NCBI GenBank assembly: GCA_964469045.1
Contig: CAYXXK010000009.1
Coordinates: 5,012-69,011 of the forward strand
Source of the DNA: an uncultured Klebsiella sp.
GTDB lineage: Bacteria > Chloroflexota > Chloroflexia > Chloroflexales > Roseiflexaceae
Length of the DNA: 64,000 bases
Direction of reading: 5' to 3'
The position numbers and the translations under genes are program-made. Positions 54,201-62,924 of this stretch are shown here, piece by piece. The notes beneath the pieces are model-generated. The model worked only from the letters and a program-made list of their open reading frames with translations. It did not search any database and had not been told where the DNA came from. Every line of letters begins with the position of its first letter. The first letter of the stretch is position 1.

Positions 54201-55809
54201 TAATTCTGCTGATGACTCTTATCTCCAAAGTAACGCAGCAGTTACGCTCAACAACACGTTTGCCGTGTCATTATGGGCACGTCGAAGCAAAGTCGATGGC
54301 GCAAGTACCATGCTCTCGCACGGATTGAGTGCTGTGCCGAACCAACACTTCAACATGGGGTTTGACGACAACAATCACTTCACGTGTGGCATTTATGGTG
54401 ACGAGATCATTAGTCGTGATCCCATCAACAATACGGACTGGCATCACTACGTGTGTGTTGTGAGTGGTCGAAGTCGCAAACTATATGTTGACAATGTTGA
54501 AGTTATCAGCAAAAACAGTGCATCAGTCACGACCTACAATATCACCAGCAAGGTCAATATTGCCCGGCGCGTAGATCAAGTTAATTCTTTCAACGGCGCG
54601 ATTGACGAGGTCAACATATTCACCCTCGTCCCTACAGTAGCCACAATACATGCGCTCTATACTGCACCAGGCGCAACCTACACCGGTCAAATCCCAATCA
54701 GTCATCTCACCTTTAATGAGATGCAAATCAATAGTGGGACCAGTCGCATTAGTTGTGAAGGCGCCGCCTGCCCAGTCGTCACCTACCCCAATACCGATTA
54801 CTCCGTCCGACCACTCGAGCGCATTGGCGCAGTACAACTCCAAAAGAGTCGCGCACTCACCATCTCATCAACGGCAGGAGTTGTCGCCGGTAGCGATAGC
54901 ACCCTGATGTTCTGGGCACGATTTGGCAACCTAAATGATATCGGTAATCTCGTCAACCAAACCCAAGTGAATCGTGCAAATGTGACCGTATCTGCAGCTA
55001 ATCGCCTCAGCTTTGCCAATCTCAACTACAACTACAACAGCACGCTCTATCCATTCAATCGATGGCACCATTACGCATTCGTCAAAAAAGGGAATGCACT
55101 CGCCATCTACATCAACGGCAATAATGTGGCTAGTGGAATTGCGAGCGCCACGCTTTTGCCATTCCGCGTCTACAGCGCCGCATCAATGCACATTGGTGGA
55201 ATCAGTGCTGGAAATGGAGAACTGTCCGCTGTTGAACTGTATAACACGGCGTTGACTGATACCGATATCGTCACGCGCTTTGCCAAAAACATTGACGCAG
55301 CCTACCGTAGCCCCACGCTTTCATCGACACGCACACAATCGCCAACAAAGTTGCGTTTATCGCCGACGCGTACCGCAACCATCAATCTCCTACCACAAAC
55401 CAAAACATCCATTGTAGGTCGTACCGCCACCGCATCTCGAGCAGCAGCCGCAACTGAAACCCAAAAGGCAGCTCACCTAACCCAGACTGCCGTACGGTGG
55501 GGTGGATATCAGTTAACAGAAACGGCGTTTATACAAACGGCCACCGCCCTGAGTGTGAGTTCACCGACCAAAATTGTCATCCGAATCCCAAGCAAGACGG
55601 CGGTCGCAACACTCACCCCTGCTCGATCAAATACGCCGACTCAAAGTCATACACCGAGCGCAACACGCCCATCTGCAACAGCGACCAACACCCTTTCGCC
55701 CACAAAAACATTCACCAAATCGCCGACCAAGGTTATCATCAGACCAACAGCAACCAACACACCCAAACTCATCATCACGCGCACACGCACGTCCACTCCT
55801 ATCAAATAA
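51286..55809 (+). CDS. giant secreted multidomain protein: HExxH metalloprotease-like region, Ig/CARDB-like modules, two LamG (concanavalin-A-like) domains, and a Ser/Thr/Pro-rich C-terminal tail
   Basis: Signal/TM segment; GRLGHEMAHALQ zincin-like motif; LamG-like W-H-H-Y-x-x-V...LY(V/I)(D/N)(N/G) twice (WHHYVCVV..KLYVDN; WHHYAFVK..AIYING); PT/ST-rich tail. GAGG RBS at the start. Confidence 0.75.
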   Translation: MESSRHIRGIMRVWLLLTLIVSMFTPTWLTPHPSAESHPLVRKLDTVETDMAAHAVGSEWHNPNDTPMVVNLGQTSPDMPVAGMDQWLSARGQSIEPRANVVGTKKYLVMRVYAQDQAATSYYAKDLADEGVTGLTRSVEEDIMKPLKQLFTDTTYGKVTLAWDITDLYQLPKSRSYYINDCKSVDASGTVIGESGDMSLACGDGLSETNKTQRIYSDAVSAIPSGYDFTDYVGIVVIFNETNLTRMYRGVGGRCNTDTTALPGVGRNTVYGCVNITENPVEGDGVTFGRLGHEMAHALQQGDVRHPSFYANKYELLDASYPGQIGAFAKQDDQDFPGWLPDAQYIDISDGKTTDRTCLRVLERVPDARPQVIRVQITGSRYYLISARHRILGDELSWNAAGIPDEGILVERVNESPGKDAAGNQLPWVTVIPKSGTWNLFKKGDNNILIGDNVYLTVQSNAQSGISDGEIYCVRVTFGPAVNEPDVAIRPWREAPGNTYETTDIWVDSPFNGYDVYRNGMWNDLSGVPVPRGNGDAPGVDAVNRLYARVRNVGTIDATDITVRFKVSTPIGVGVNNDTNWVEVGTVDKTTFPALASLPAGGYTDVYIEWTPSVELTDEQIEAGIFEYHTCVRVTIDDVAGEVTTGNQDGDQEQENIREFEATPVRSNIYRHDFNLHNNDMTAPKTYTLNLEGNLPPTWEVTLNDGDPSITVPANSSVTIPITVTANSSAVIGTKFSLQVNASSVRMLLTDNIDANGDGVVDSGRIPADEGDAARFEGENVHRDENVQGGFDFDIRVLAPTEIACRPYGRGARVEVQGELNGFEGIHQAGTPLRAYAQIFDSAKNPIPLDDRSVSDIGSNGAFQMNFSALTQDKTATLPAFVRCIFPGTHLLASSTTGFVPIDTTNFAPTLTPEPWGGSQFHFGLSLNSFLPPTHIYYDRVSLTSATTNQFKCSVGRCPLLVDGQHGRGVQFNSADDSYLQSNAAVTLNNTFAVSLWARRSKVDGASTMLSHGLSAVPNQHFNMGFDDNNHFTCGIYGDEIISRDPINNTDWHHYVCVVSGRSRKLYVDNVEVISKNSASVTTYNITSKVNIARRVDQVNSFNGAIDEVNIFTLVPTVATIHALYTAPGATYTGQIPISHLTFNEMQINSGTSRISCEGAACPVVTYPNTDYSVRPLERIGAVQLQKSRALTISSTAGVVAGSDSTLMFWARFGNLNDIGNLVNQTQVNRANVTVSAANRLSFANLNYNYNSTLYPFNRWHHYAFVKKGNALAIYINGNNVASGIASATLLPFRVYSAASMHIGGISAGNGELSAVELYNTALTDTDIVTRFAKNIDAAYRSPTLSSTRTQSPTKLRLSPTRTATINLLPQTKTSIVGRTATASRAAAATETQKAAHLTQTAVRWGGYQLTETAFIQTATALSVSSPTKIVIRIPSKTAVATLTPARSNTPTQSHTPSATRPSATATNTLSPTKTFTKSPTKVIIRPTATNTPKLIITRTRTSTPIK

Positions 55810-55818
55810 ACGCAACAT

Positions 55819-55850
55819 ACAGGGCACCATGATAATTCATGGTGCCCTGT
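55819..55850. terminator. 13-bp hairpin between convergent genes (giant protein and kdgK)
   Basis: acagggcaccatg / catggtgccctgt. T-tracts are weak on both strands. Confidence 0.5.
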
Positions 55851-55875
55851 ATCACTGATAGCCATCCCACCAATG

Positions 55876-56787
55876 TTACAACGCTATCGATGGGTACCCG
55901 GCATAATCACCCAGATGCGCCACTGACCCAGCGCCCACAATTGCTCCAAGATGCAACGACTCAGGAATGCTCTTGCCACGCAAACGCCCAGCAATGAACC
56001 CAGCATCGAAGCCATCACCGGCGCCAACCGGATCAATCACACGCTCCGCTTTGACGACCGTGGCTTCAAAGCGCTCCCCATCGTGAATCGCCAATGCCCC
56101 GCGCTCAGCGCGCTTGAGTACCACCGTCTTGATACCGAGTGCCACCGCTGACTGCAAGTAGTGCTCGTCATCGCCCTCGCCAAACATGGCGGCCGCATCC
56201 TCGTGGCCCATCAAAATAATGTCGCTCGCCTGCGCCATCGGAATCATACCCGCGCGCGCCTGCTCGGCACTCCACAAGCGTGGGCGGAAGTTCGGGTCAA
56301 AGGTAATCATGCACCCCGCCGCCTTAGCCAGCTCAATTGCCCGAGTGCAGGTCGCAGCCGCACGCTCGCTCAACGCCGGCGTAATGCCCGTCATATGTAC
56401 GGCCTTGACACCTACAAAGTGCTCGGGCTTGAGATCCTCGGGGCCCATATTGGCTGCCGCAGACCCTGCACGGTAGTAAAACACTCTGCGCATGCCGTCT
56501 GGCAACCACTCGCGAAAGAAGACACCCGTCGGCTTGGTCGCATCAATTGCAACCGCACTCGTGTCGACTCCCTCACCCGCCAAAATGCTAATCATCTTGC
56601 GACCAAACGGATCGTTACCGACACGTGAATGCCAGCGTACCGAGATGCCGAGGCGTGCCAGTGCAATCGCACAATTGGCCTCAGCGCCACCAATATCCCA
56701 CTTCAGCAACGGCGCATCGTCGATTTGGACGGGATCGGGCGGATAGAGCACCGCCATGCACTCACCAAAGGTCATTACATCTGGCAT
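55876..56787 (-). CDS. kdgK: 2-dehydro-3-deoxygluconokinase (PfkB family)
   Basis: GGAEANCAIALARLG N-terminal motif and DPVGAGDGFDAGF PfkB signature. Sits 3 nt after eda. Confidence 0.85.
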   Translation of the reverse strand: MPDVMTFGECMAVLYPPDPVQIDDAPLLKWDIGGAEANCAIALARLGISVRWHSRVGNDPFGRKMISILAGEGVDTSAVAIDATKPTGVFFREWLPDGMRRVFYYRAGSAAANMGPEDLKPEHFVGVKAVHMTGITPALSERAAATCTRAIELAKAAGCMITFDPNFRPRLWSAEQARAGMIPMAQASDIILMGHEDAAAMFGEGDDEHYLQSAVALGIKTVVLKRAERGALAIHDGERFEATVVKAERVIDPVGAGDGFDAGFIAGRLRGKSIPESLHLGAIVGAGSVAHLGDYAGYPSIAL

Positions 56788-56790
56788 ATG

Positions 56791-57423
56791 CTACTTACTC
56801 CCTAGTGCATTCACACAGGCACGGGCTCCGTCAGTCAAGACCTGCCAATCGCCACTTGCAACGGCCTTGGCCGGCACCAAACTACCGCCGATACCGACGC
56901 CCACAGCCCCTGCATCGAGGTAACTCTTGAGGTTGTCTGCGCCAATCCCACCGGTGGGCATCAAACGCAAAAACGGCAACGGCGCCAAGACATCCTTGAT
57001 GTAGCCCGGGCCCAGCGTACGTGCGGGGAAGATTTTGACGAATGCCGCACCTGCCTCATGGGCCGTCAAGGCCTCGGTCGGCGTAAACGCGCCACACGCA
57101 GTAGGTATATTTGACTTGGCTGCAATACTGATAACGTTCGGTCGGACTGTCGGCGTCACCACAAATTGGGCACCAGCATCAATGGCGCCTGCGGCATCAT
57201 CGGCAGTCAACGCTGTGCCTACCCCGATGAGCATACGATCACCCATGGCCGACCGCACTTTGCTAATTGCCGCAAATGCGCCTTGACCAGTCAAGGTGTA
57301 TTCAATTGCGGTAATCCCGCCAGCGAGCAAGGCCTCAGCAACCTCAAGAGCGCGGTCGTAATTGTCTAATCGCACGATGGCGACGATTTTCGCAGCTGCT
57401 AAGGCCGCGATTCGTGTATCCAT
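56791..57423 (-). CDS. eda: 2-dehydro-3-deoxyphosphogluconate (KDPG) / KHG aldolase
   Basis: IVAIVRL, GGITAIEYTL, GVGT, and FVKIFPA (Schiff-base Lys) followed by PTGGI. AAGGAG RBS before the ATG at 57423. Confidence 0.85.
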   Translation of the reverse strand: MDTRIAALAAAKIVAIVRLDNYDRALEVAEALLAGGITAIEYTLTGQGAFAAISKVRSAMGDRMLIGVGTALTADDAAGAIDAGAQFVVTPTVRPNVISIAAKSNIPTACGAFTPTEALTAHEAGAAFVKIFPARTLGPGYIKDVLAPLPFLRLMPTGGIGADNLKSYLDAGAVGVGIGGSLVPAKAVASGDWQVLTDGARACVNALGSK

Positions 57424-57482
57424 GCACAGCTCCTTTGCTGACCTGGTCAAACCTGTCAGACGGTATGAAAGGGACACCTGTA

Positions 57483-58556
57483 TTATATCCTACCGCGCCA
57501 GACCACAAACGATTTGGTGGCACGCACCTGCACCACCTCGCCAAAGAACCGTTGCAACATCGGCTCATACGCCAAAAACGCATTCGCCACGAGATACAAC
57601 TGCCCCCGTGGGCGCAAATGACGTGCCGCCGCCGCCACAAACGCCTGCACCATGCTATCATCGGTACGCTTGCCCGCATGAAAGGGCGGGTTGGTCACCA
57701 CCACATCATACTGCGCATCCCACGGCAAACCATCGAGCACATCACCCCAGGCCACGCGCACCTGCGCATCATTGACAAACGAGTGCTGCATGGCTTTAAC
57801 CGCCAGCGCATCGACATCAATCACGTCAACCGCGACTGCCCCGGCATCACACATTGCGCCCGCCAACACACCCGCACCACCACCGATATCGAGCACGCGC
57901 CGGCCACGCACATCGGGCAACGCCGCAATCAACTCAGCACTGCCTACGTCGAGACGATCAGCTGCAAAGACACCGGGGTAGGTGTAGTAGGTACGGTGCG
58001 CATGCTCAAATGTGGCAGGCGTTATGTCACTCACCGCAAGATTATCATGCGGTTTGATTGCAGTCACCACACGCTGATGCGCTTTGGAGCGCTCATTGAC
58101 ACTGCCAAACAGCGCGCTGACATCACGGGCGGCGCTTTTGCCACCCGCGTCATTCGGACCTGCTGCAATCAATACCCCACCCGGACGCAGGTGGCGCGCC
58201 GCCTCATGGAGACGCATGCGCCAGGCCTCGCGCGTTGCGGACACCTCAATCAGTGCCACATCGTATTCACCCGCAGGCACCAGTCCATCTATGCTCCACT
58301 GCGCCGGAATACCCGCATGCGCCAGCGTGCGCTCAGCCGCCTGGCGCATGCCTGCATGGCGCATCACTACGGTTGTTTGAGTGTGGGGTGGCAAGAGCAA
58401 TGCCGGCAAAGCCGCACTCACGTCACACAGAAGCAATCGATCCGGCGCGAGCGTAACGCTTTCTAATGCCAAAAGCTCAGCTGCAGCGGTCGGCAACAGG
58501 CCAGACGGTAGACCGCCACGACCAAAGACTGTCACACCGCGCCCAGCTATCTGCAT
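57483..58556 (-). CDS. class I SAM-dependent methyltransferase, RsmC/RsmD-like (rRNA guanine-N2 type)
   Basis: VLDIGGGAGVL SAM motif and the VTNPPFHAG catalytic motif. The start is uncertain (58556 or 58592). Confidence 0.75.
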   Translation of the reverse strand: MQIAGRGVTVFGRGGLPSGLLPTAAAELLALESVTLAPDRLLLCDVSAALPALLLPPHTQTTVVMRHAGMRQAAERTLAHAGIPAQWSIDGLVPAGEYDVALIEVSATREAWRMRLHEAARHLRPGGVLIAAGPNDAGGKSAARDVSALFGSVNERSKAHQRVVTAIKPHDNLAVSDITPATFEHAHRTYYTYPGVFAADRLDVGSAELIAALPDVRGRRVLDIGGGAGVLAGAMCDAGAVAVDVIDVDALAVKAMQHSFVNDAQVRVAWGDVLDGLPWDAQYDVVVTNPPFHAGKRTDDSMVQAFVAAAARHLRPRGQLYLVANAFLAYEPMLQRFFGEVVQVRATKSFVVWRGRI

Positions 58557-58581
58557 CGTCGAGGATTGCCATGTCGCTGCA

Positions 58582-59694
58582 TCAACGCCCATAAAAACGC
58601 ACGGCTTCCATGTCGAGATGCAGGCCAAGCCCAGGGGCATCAGGGATTGCGAGCATGCCGTCGGCATCGAGTTTCCACGGCGTTGCAACAAGTTTGTCGA
58701 TGTACGGCGATCCAGTCAGGTACTCGACAAAATCGGTCTGTGCAAACGCCGCCGCAAGTTGCAAATCAGCGGCTAGGCCGACGGCGGTGTTCCAGCCATG
58801 GGGAATAAAGCGCACGCCATTCTCCTCGGCCATCCAGGCAATTCGGCGCTCTTCACTGATACCGCCCACCTTGGTCACATCGGGTTGCACAATATCGAAT
58901 GCACCCGCCTGGAGCCACGGTTGGAACGATTGGCGGCGCGTCAGCACCTCGCCACCCGCAATCGGCAACCGCGCCTGGCGCCGCAACGCCACATAATCAT
59001 TGAGGGCATCAGGTTTGAGTGCCTCTTCGAACCAATACACGTCATAACTGGCCAACATCTCGGCCGTACGCACCGCCCACTTAAACCCCTGCCCCCAATA
59101 GGCATCACTTGCGCCGGCATCAACCATCAACCAGCCATCACCGATAGCCTCACGGGCGGCGCGCACAATCGCCTCGTCGACCGCATTGCTCTCGCGGCCA
59201 AATGGCCCCCAACCGATTTTGAAAGCGCGGAAGCCCTCGGCCTTGAGCGCCAGTAGGTGCTCGGTGATAATCGCAGGCTCCTCCATCAAAATAGAGGCGT
59301 ACGGGCGCACACGCTCGCGGTAGCGACCACCGAGCAGGCGACTAATCGGCTGACGCGTCACCTGCCCCAAAATATCCCACAATGCAATATCAATGCCGCT
59401 AATCGTATGGGTAATTGCGCCGCCCCGCCCCAACCAAAAGGTGTGCTGGTGGAGTTTTTCACTGACACGCTCTGGGTCAATCGCCGACTCACCGCGGTAG
59501 CGCGGCTCGAGCACTTGCAGTGCACCTTTGACGAGGGCGTCGTTGGTGTATACGCTGCCGTAGCCGACCAAACCCTCGTCGGTATGGACTTCGATAAGGG
59601 TATGAATGCAATCATCAGGCTTGATTTCTTCGCTCCAGCCACCCTCGGGCGAGGCGCCATAGAGGCCAATGGCCTTGATTTCACGAATCTTCAT
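58582..59694 (-). CDS. enolase-superfamily enzyme (mandelate racemase/muconate lactonising family), probably an acid-sugar dehydratase
   Basis: N-terminal capping domain, GIDIALWDILG, and barrel metal ligands in LMVDAG...FEEAL. The context with eda and kdgK suggests a 2-keto-3-deoxy acid-sugar product (inference). Confidence 0.8.
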   Translation of the reverse strand: MKIREIKAIGLYGASPEGGWSEEIKPDDCIHTLIEVHTDEGLVGYGSVYTNDALVKGALQVLEPRYRGESAIDPERVSEKLHQHTFWLGRGGAITHTISGIDIALWDILGQVTRQPISRLLGGRYRERVRPYASILMEEPAIITEHLLALKAEGFRAFKIGWGPFGRESNAVDEAIVRAAREAIGDGWLMVDAGASDAYWGQGFKWAVRTAEMLASYDVYWFEEALKPDALNDYVALRRQARLPIAGGEVLTRRQSFQPWLQAGAFDIVQPDVTKVGGISEERRIAWMAEENGVRFIPHGWNTAVGLAADLQLAAAFAQTDFVEYLTGSPYIDKLVATPWKLDADGMLAIPDAPGLGLHLDMEAVRFYGR

Positions 59695-59760
59695 TGATTC
59701 CTCCTATACGAATGCGCCCCGCCGAACAAGCCGGACGAGGCGCATGCAATCAACCACAAA

Positions 59761-60576
59761 TTAATGCTTGGGTTTGCCGAGCTCAATCGAGCGCTCAAAG
59801 GCTGCTTTGATACCCTCGGTAACGGCAGTGCGCAACCCGGCCTTCTCCATGGCATTGACACCGGCAGCCGTCGTACCAGCCGGCGAGGTCACGTCGTTGC
59901 GCAACTCGGCCGGGTGCTTGCGACTCGCCAAGGCGTACTGCATCGATCCAAGCAGATTCTGCTCGGCGAGTTGCTTGGCCAGGTGGCGGGGCAACCCGAT
60001 TGAGACGCCGGCGTCAATCATCGCCTCGAGAATCAAAAAGACATAGGCTGGACCACTGCCTGACACGGCCGTCACGTGATTGATGTAGTACTCATCGTCA
60101 ACATACACAGCCTGTCCAAGTGACGAAAGCACCTGCTGCGCCCAGCTTTTTTGCACGTCAGTCACAGCAGATACGGCAGTCCACCCCGAAATCCCGGCAC
60201 CAATCATGGCAGGGGTATTGGGCATGGCTCGCACCACCGCCGCATGATTCAACCCGTCGCGCAACGTGGCAATCGTGATGCCCGCCATAATCGAGAGCAC
60301 CAGCGCGCCAGACGGGATATGGCCGTTGAGCTCAGGCAAGACCACTCCGGCTAGCTGCGGCTTGATGGCAAAAACCACCACATCGGCCGTCGCCACCGCT
60401 TCGCGGTTGCTGGCAACCATGTTGATGCCGTACTGCTGATGCATTGCCTCACGCCGATCGGGGCGTGGCTCAGATGCCGTGATATGTGATGCAGGGATAC
60501 CGTGAGTGAGCAGGCCACCAATCATGGCCTCGCCCATCATGCCGGCCCCAATCATGCTAATGCGTGGATGCGTCAT
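59761..60576 (-). CDS. proC: pyrroline-5-carboxylate reductase
   Basis: ISMIGAGMMGEAM Rossmann motif, RAMPNTPA, and TSPAGTT. Confidence 0.9.
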   Translation of the reverse strand: MTHPRISMIGAGMMGEAMIGGLLTHGIPASHITASEPRPDRREAMHQQYGINMVASNREAVATADVVVFAIKPQLAGVVLPELNGHIPSGALVLSIMAGITIATLRDGLNHAAVVRAMPNTPAMIGAGISGWTAVSAVTDVQKSWAQQVLSSLGQAVYVDDEYYINHVTAVSGSGPAYVFLILEAMIDAGVSIGLPRHLAKQLAEQNLLGSMQYALASRKHPAELRNDVTSPAGTTAAGVNAMEKAGLRTAVTEGIKAAFERSIELGKPKH

Positions 60577-60579
60577 GCG

Positions 60580-61905
60580 CTATACCTCGATGTTGGCAAA
60601 CATGTCGACGCCAGGCACGGTGTACGGGCGACAGAACGCCGTTACTTCGGCTTTAACCTGCGCCACCACCTGCTCGTCGTTAATGTTGCTAATCACACGA
60701 TCAATGAAGCCAGCTACCACATCCATCTCGGCTTCTTTCATGCCACGGGTCGTCATGGCGGCCGAACCAAAGCGGATACCTGACGTCACCAGTGGTGAAC
60801 GTGGATCGTTCGGGATGACGTTTTTGTTGGCGGTGATATGTGCCTGGTCAAGCACAAGCTCGGCCTGCTTGCCGGTAACGTTTTTGTTGGTCAAATCGAC
60901 CATCATCAAGTGGTTGTCGGTGCCGTTCGACAAAATCGTGAAGCCGCGTTTCATCAAGCCACTTGCCAATGCTTGGGCGTTCTTGATCACTTGAGCTGCG
61001 TACTCCTTGAACTCGGGCTGCAAATTCTCACCGAACCCGACCGCCTTGGCAGCCACCACATGCATCAATGCACCACCTTGCGCACCGGGGATGACTTGCT
61101 TGTCAAGCACCTCAGACATCATCAAGGTGCGACCGCTCTTGGCGGCCTTCTGGCCGAATGGATTCTCAAAATCCTGACCCATCAAGATAATACCGCCGCG
61201 TGGGCCACGCAACGTCTTGTGCGTCGTCGAGGTCACCACATGGGCGTAGGGGATTGGACTGGGCAAGTGGCCCGCGGCAATCAAGCCAGCTGGGTGGGCA
61301 ATGTCGGCGAACAAGTAGGCACCGACTTTGTCGGCAATCTCGCGGAAAATCGAGAAGTCAATCGCACGCGAATACGCACTCGCACCCACTGTAATCAACT
61401 TGGGGCGCTCACGCTCCGCCATCTCGAGGACGTTTTCGTAGTCGATATAACCGGTCTCGAGATTGATGCCGTACTGTACAAAGTTGTACATCTTACCAGA
61501 GAAGTTCACGGGCGACCCGTGCGTCAAGTGACCACCATGGCCGAGGTTCATGCCGAGCACTTTGTCGCCTGGATTCAAGAAGGTAAAGTAGACCGCAGTA
61601 TTGGCCTGCGTGCCCGAGTGCGGTTGCACATTGGCGTAGGCAGCACCAAAGAGTTCTTTGGCCCGATCACGCGCCAAGTTCTCAACTTGGTCTACCCATT
61701 CACATCCGCCGTAGTAGCGATTACCGGGGTAGCCTTCGGCATATTTGTTGGTCAACACTGACCCTTGCGCCTCCATCACGGCGCGGCTGGTGTAGTTTTC
61801 ACTGGCAATCAGCTCAAGACCATCGCGCTGCCGCGTTGCTTCGCCAACGAGCATCCGGGCAACCGTAGGATCGGCCTTGACAAGGGTATCGAGTGGTGAC
61901 ATCAC
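60580..61905 (-). CDS. glyA: serine hydroxymethyltransferase
   Basis: [36 protein letters not shown] (PLP lysine). Confidence 0.95.
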   Translation of the reverse strand: MMSPLDTLVKADPTVARMLVGEATRQRDGLELIASENYTSRAVMEAQGSVLTNKYAEGYPGNRYYGGCEWVDQVENLARDRAKELFGAAYANVQPHSGTQANTAVYFTFLNPGDKVLGMNLGHGGHLTHGSPVNFSGKMYNFVQYGINLETGYIDYENVLEMAERERPKLITVGASAYSRAIDFSIFREIADKVGAYLFADIAHPAGLIAAGHLPSPIPYAHVVTSTTHKTLRGPRGGIILMGQDFENPFGQKAAKSGRTLMMSEVLDKQVIPGAQGGALMHVVAAKAVGFGENLQPEFKEYAAQVIKNAQALASGLMKRGFTILSNGTDNHLMMVDLTNKNVTGKQAELVLDQAHITANKNVIPNDPRSPLVTSGIRFGSAAMTTRGMKEAEMDVVAGFIDRVISNINDEQVVAQVKAEVTAFCRPYTVPGVDMFANIEV

Positions 61906-62066
61906 AATTCTCTCCTCATACCGAACAACCTGTGATAATTATAACGCAATAATTTGATGTGCTTCTGTTCCCTCTTTTTTCTCGCTGAGTCGCGGTGGCG
62001 CAGAGATATCGCCCACCTCTCTGCGTACCCTGCGCCCCTGCGTGCCACATATGTCTGAACGATTCT

Positions 62067-62807
62067 TTATCGCAATTTGTCGATGTACTTAATCGCCTCA
62101 CGACAAATTGCCTGGAGCAGCATGATCTCTCGGGCATTGGGCTGCGCCCGATGCGTCAAACTGCGCAACGAGCGCATTTTGGCTGGCGCACTCGGGCTCT
62201 TAAAGAAGTCAATCGCCCGCAGGGCCTCCTCGAGCGTCGCCACAAACTCATCAATGCGTGGCAGAGGCGCCGGCGGGTAAGTAATCCGCCGATCCGGGCG
62301 AACCGGCGGTTCGGCCATGTGCACCTCGTAACAGACCAACAGGACCGCCTGCGCCAAGTTCAGTGAAGCATACGTCGGGTCGGTCGCAATCGTCACAAAT
62401 TGTTGACACTGATCAAGTTCTGCTTGTTGCAAACCGTTGTCCTCGGGGCCAAACAACAGTCCCACCTGATGCCCCTCGGCTGTCTTCTGGACGATGCTCG
62501 GCACCGACTGACGCAACTCAAGCGGCGGCAATGGTGTATCGCGGTGTCGAGCCGTGGTACCCACCACCCACGTCAAATCGTGGAGTGCCTCATGGAGCGT
62601 CGGATAGACCTCGATGGCATCGACTACGTCTTGACTGCGGTGGGCCACCTGTTCGATCAACTCGGGCTCGTACTCGCGCGGGTTCACCAGACGCAAGCGG
62701 CGAAAGCCCATATTTTTCATGGCTCGAACTGTCGAAGCCACATTGATTTGGCGTTGTGGGTGATACAAAATCACCGTTATTGCATCGCGAAATGTTGATT
62801 CAACCAC
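62067..62807 (-). CDS. SpoU/TrmH-class RNA 2'-O-methyltransferase (TrmJ-like)
   Basis: ITVILYHPQRQINVASTVRAMKNMGF and LLFGPEDNGL motifs. GTG at 62807 (GAGGGA upstream) is preferred over GTG at 62906, which would leave only 18 nt to the divergent hemW start. Confidence 0.7.
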   Translation of the reverse strand: MVESTFRDAITVILYHPQRQINVASTVRAMKNMGFRRLRLVNPREYEPELIEQVAHRSQDVVDAIEVYPTLHEALHDLTWVVGTTARHRDTPLPPLELRQSVPSIVQKTAEGHQVGLLFGPEDNGLQQAELDQCQQFVTIATDPTYASLNLAQAVLLVCYEVHMAEPPVRPDRRITYPPAPLPRIDEFVATLEEALRAIDFFKSPSAPAKMRSLRSLTHRAQPNAREIMLLQAICREAIKYIDKLR

Positions 62808-62924
62808 GTCTCGTCCCTCATCTGCACGACAAACTCTTTCATCAGTATACCCAATCCCCTCAGCACCGACCAAGACTGGTACAATACACACAGACGTGAT
62901 GCTCACGCACCAAAGGAAACACGC

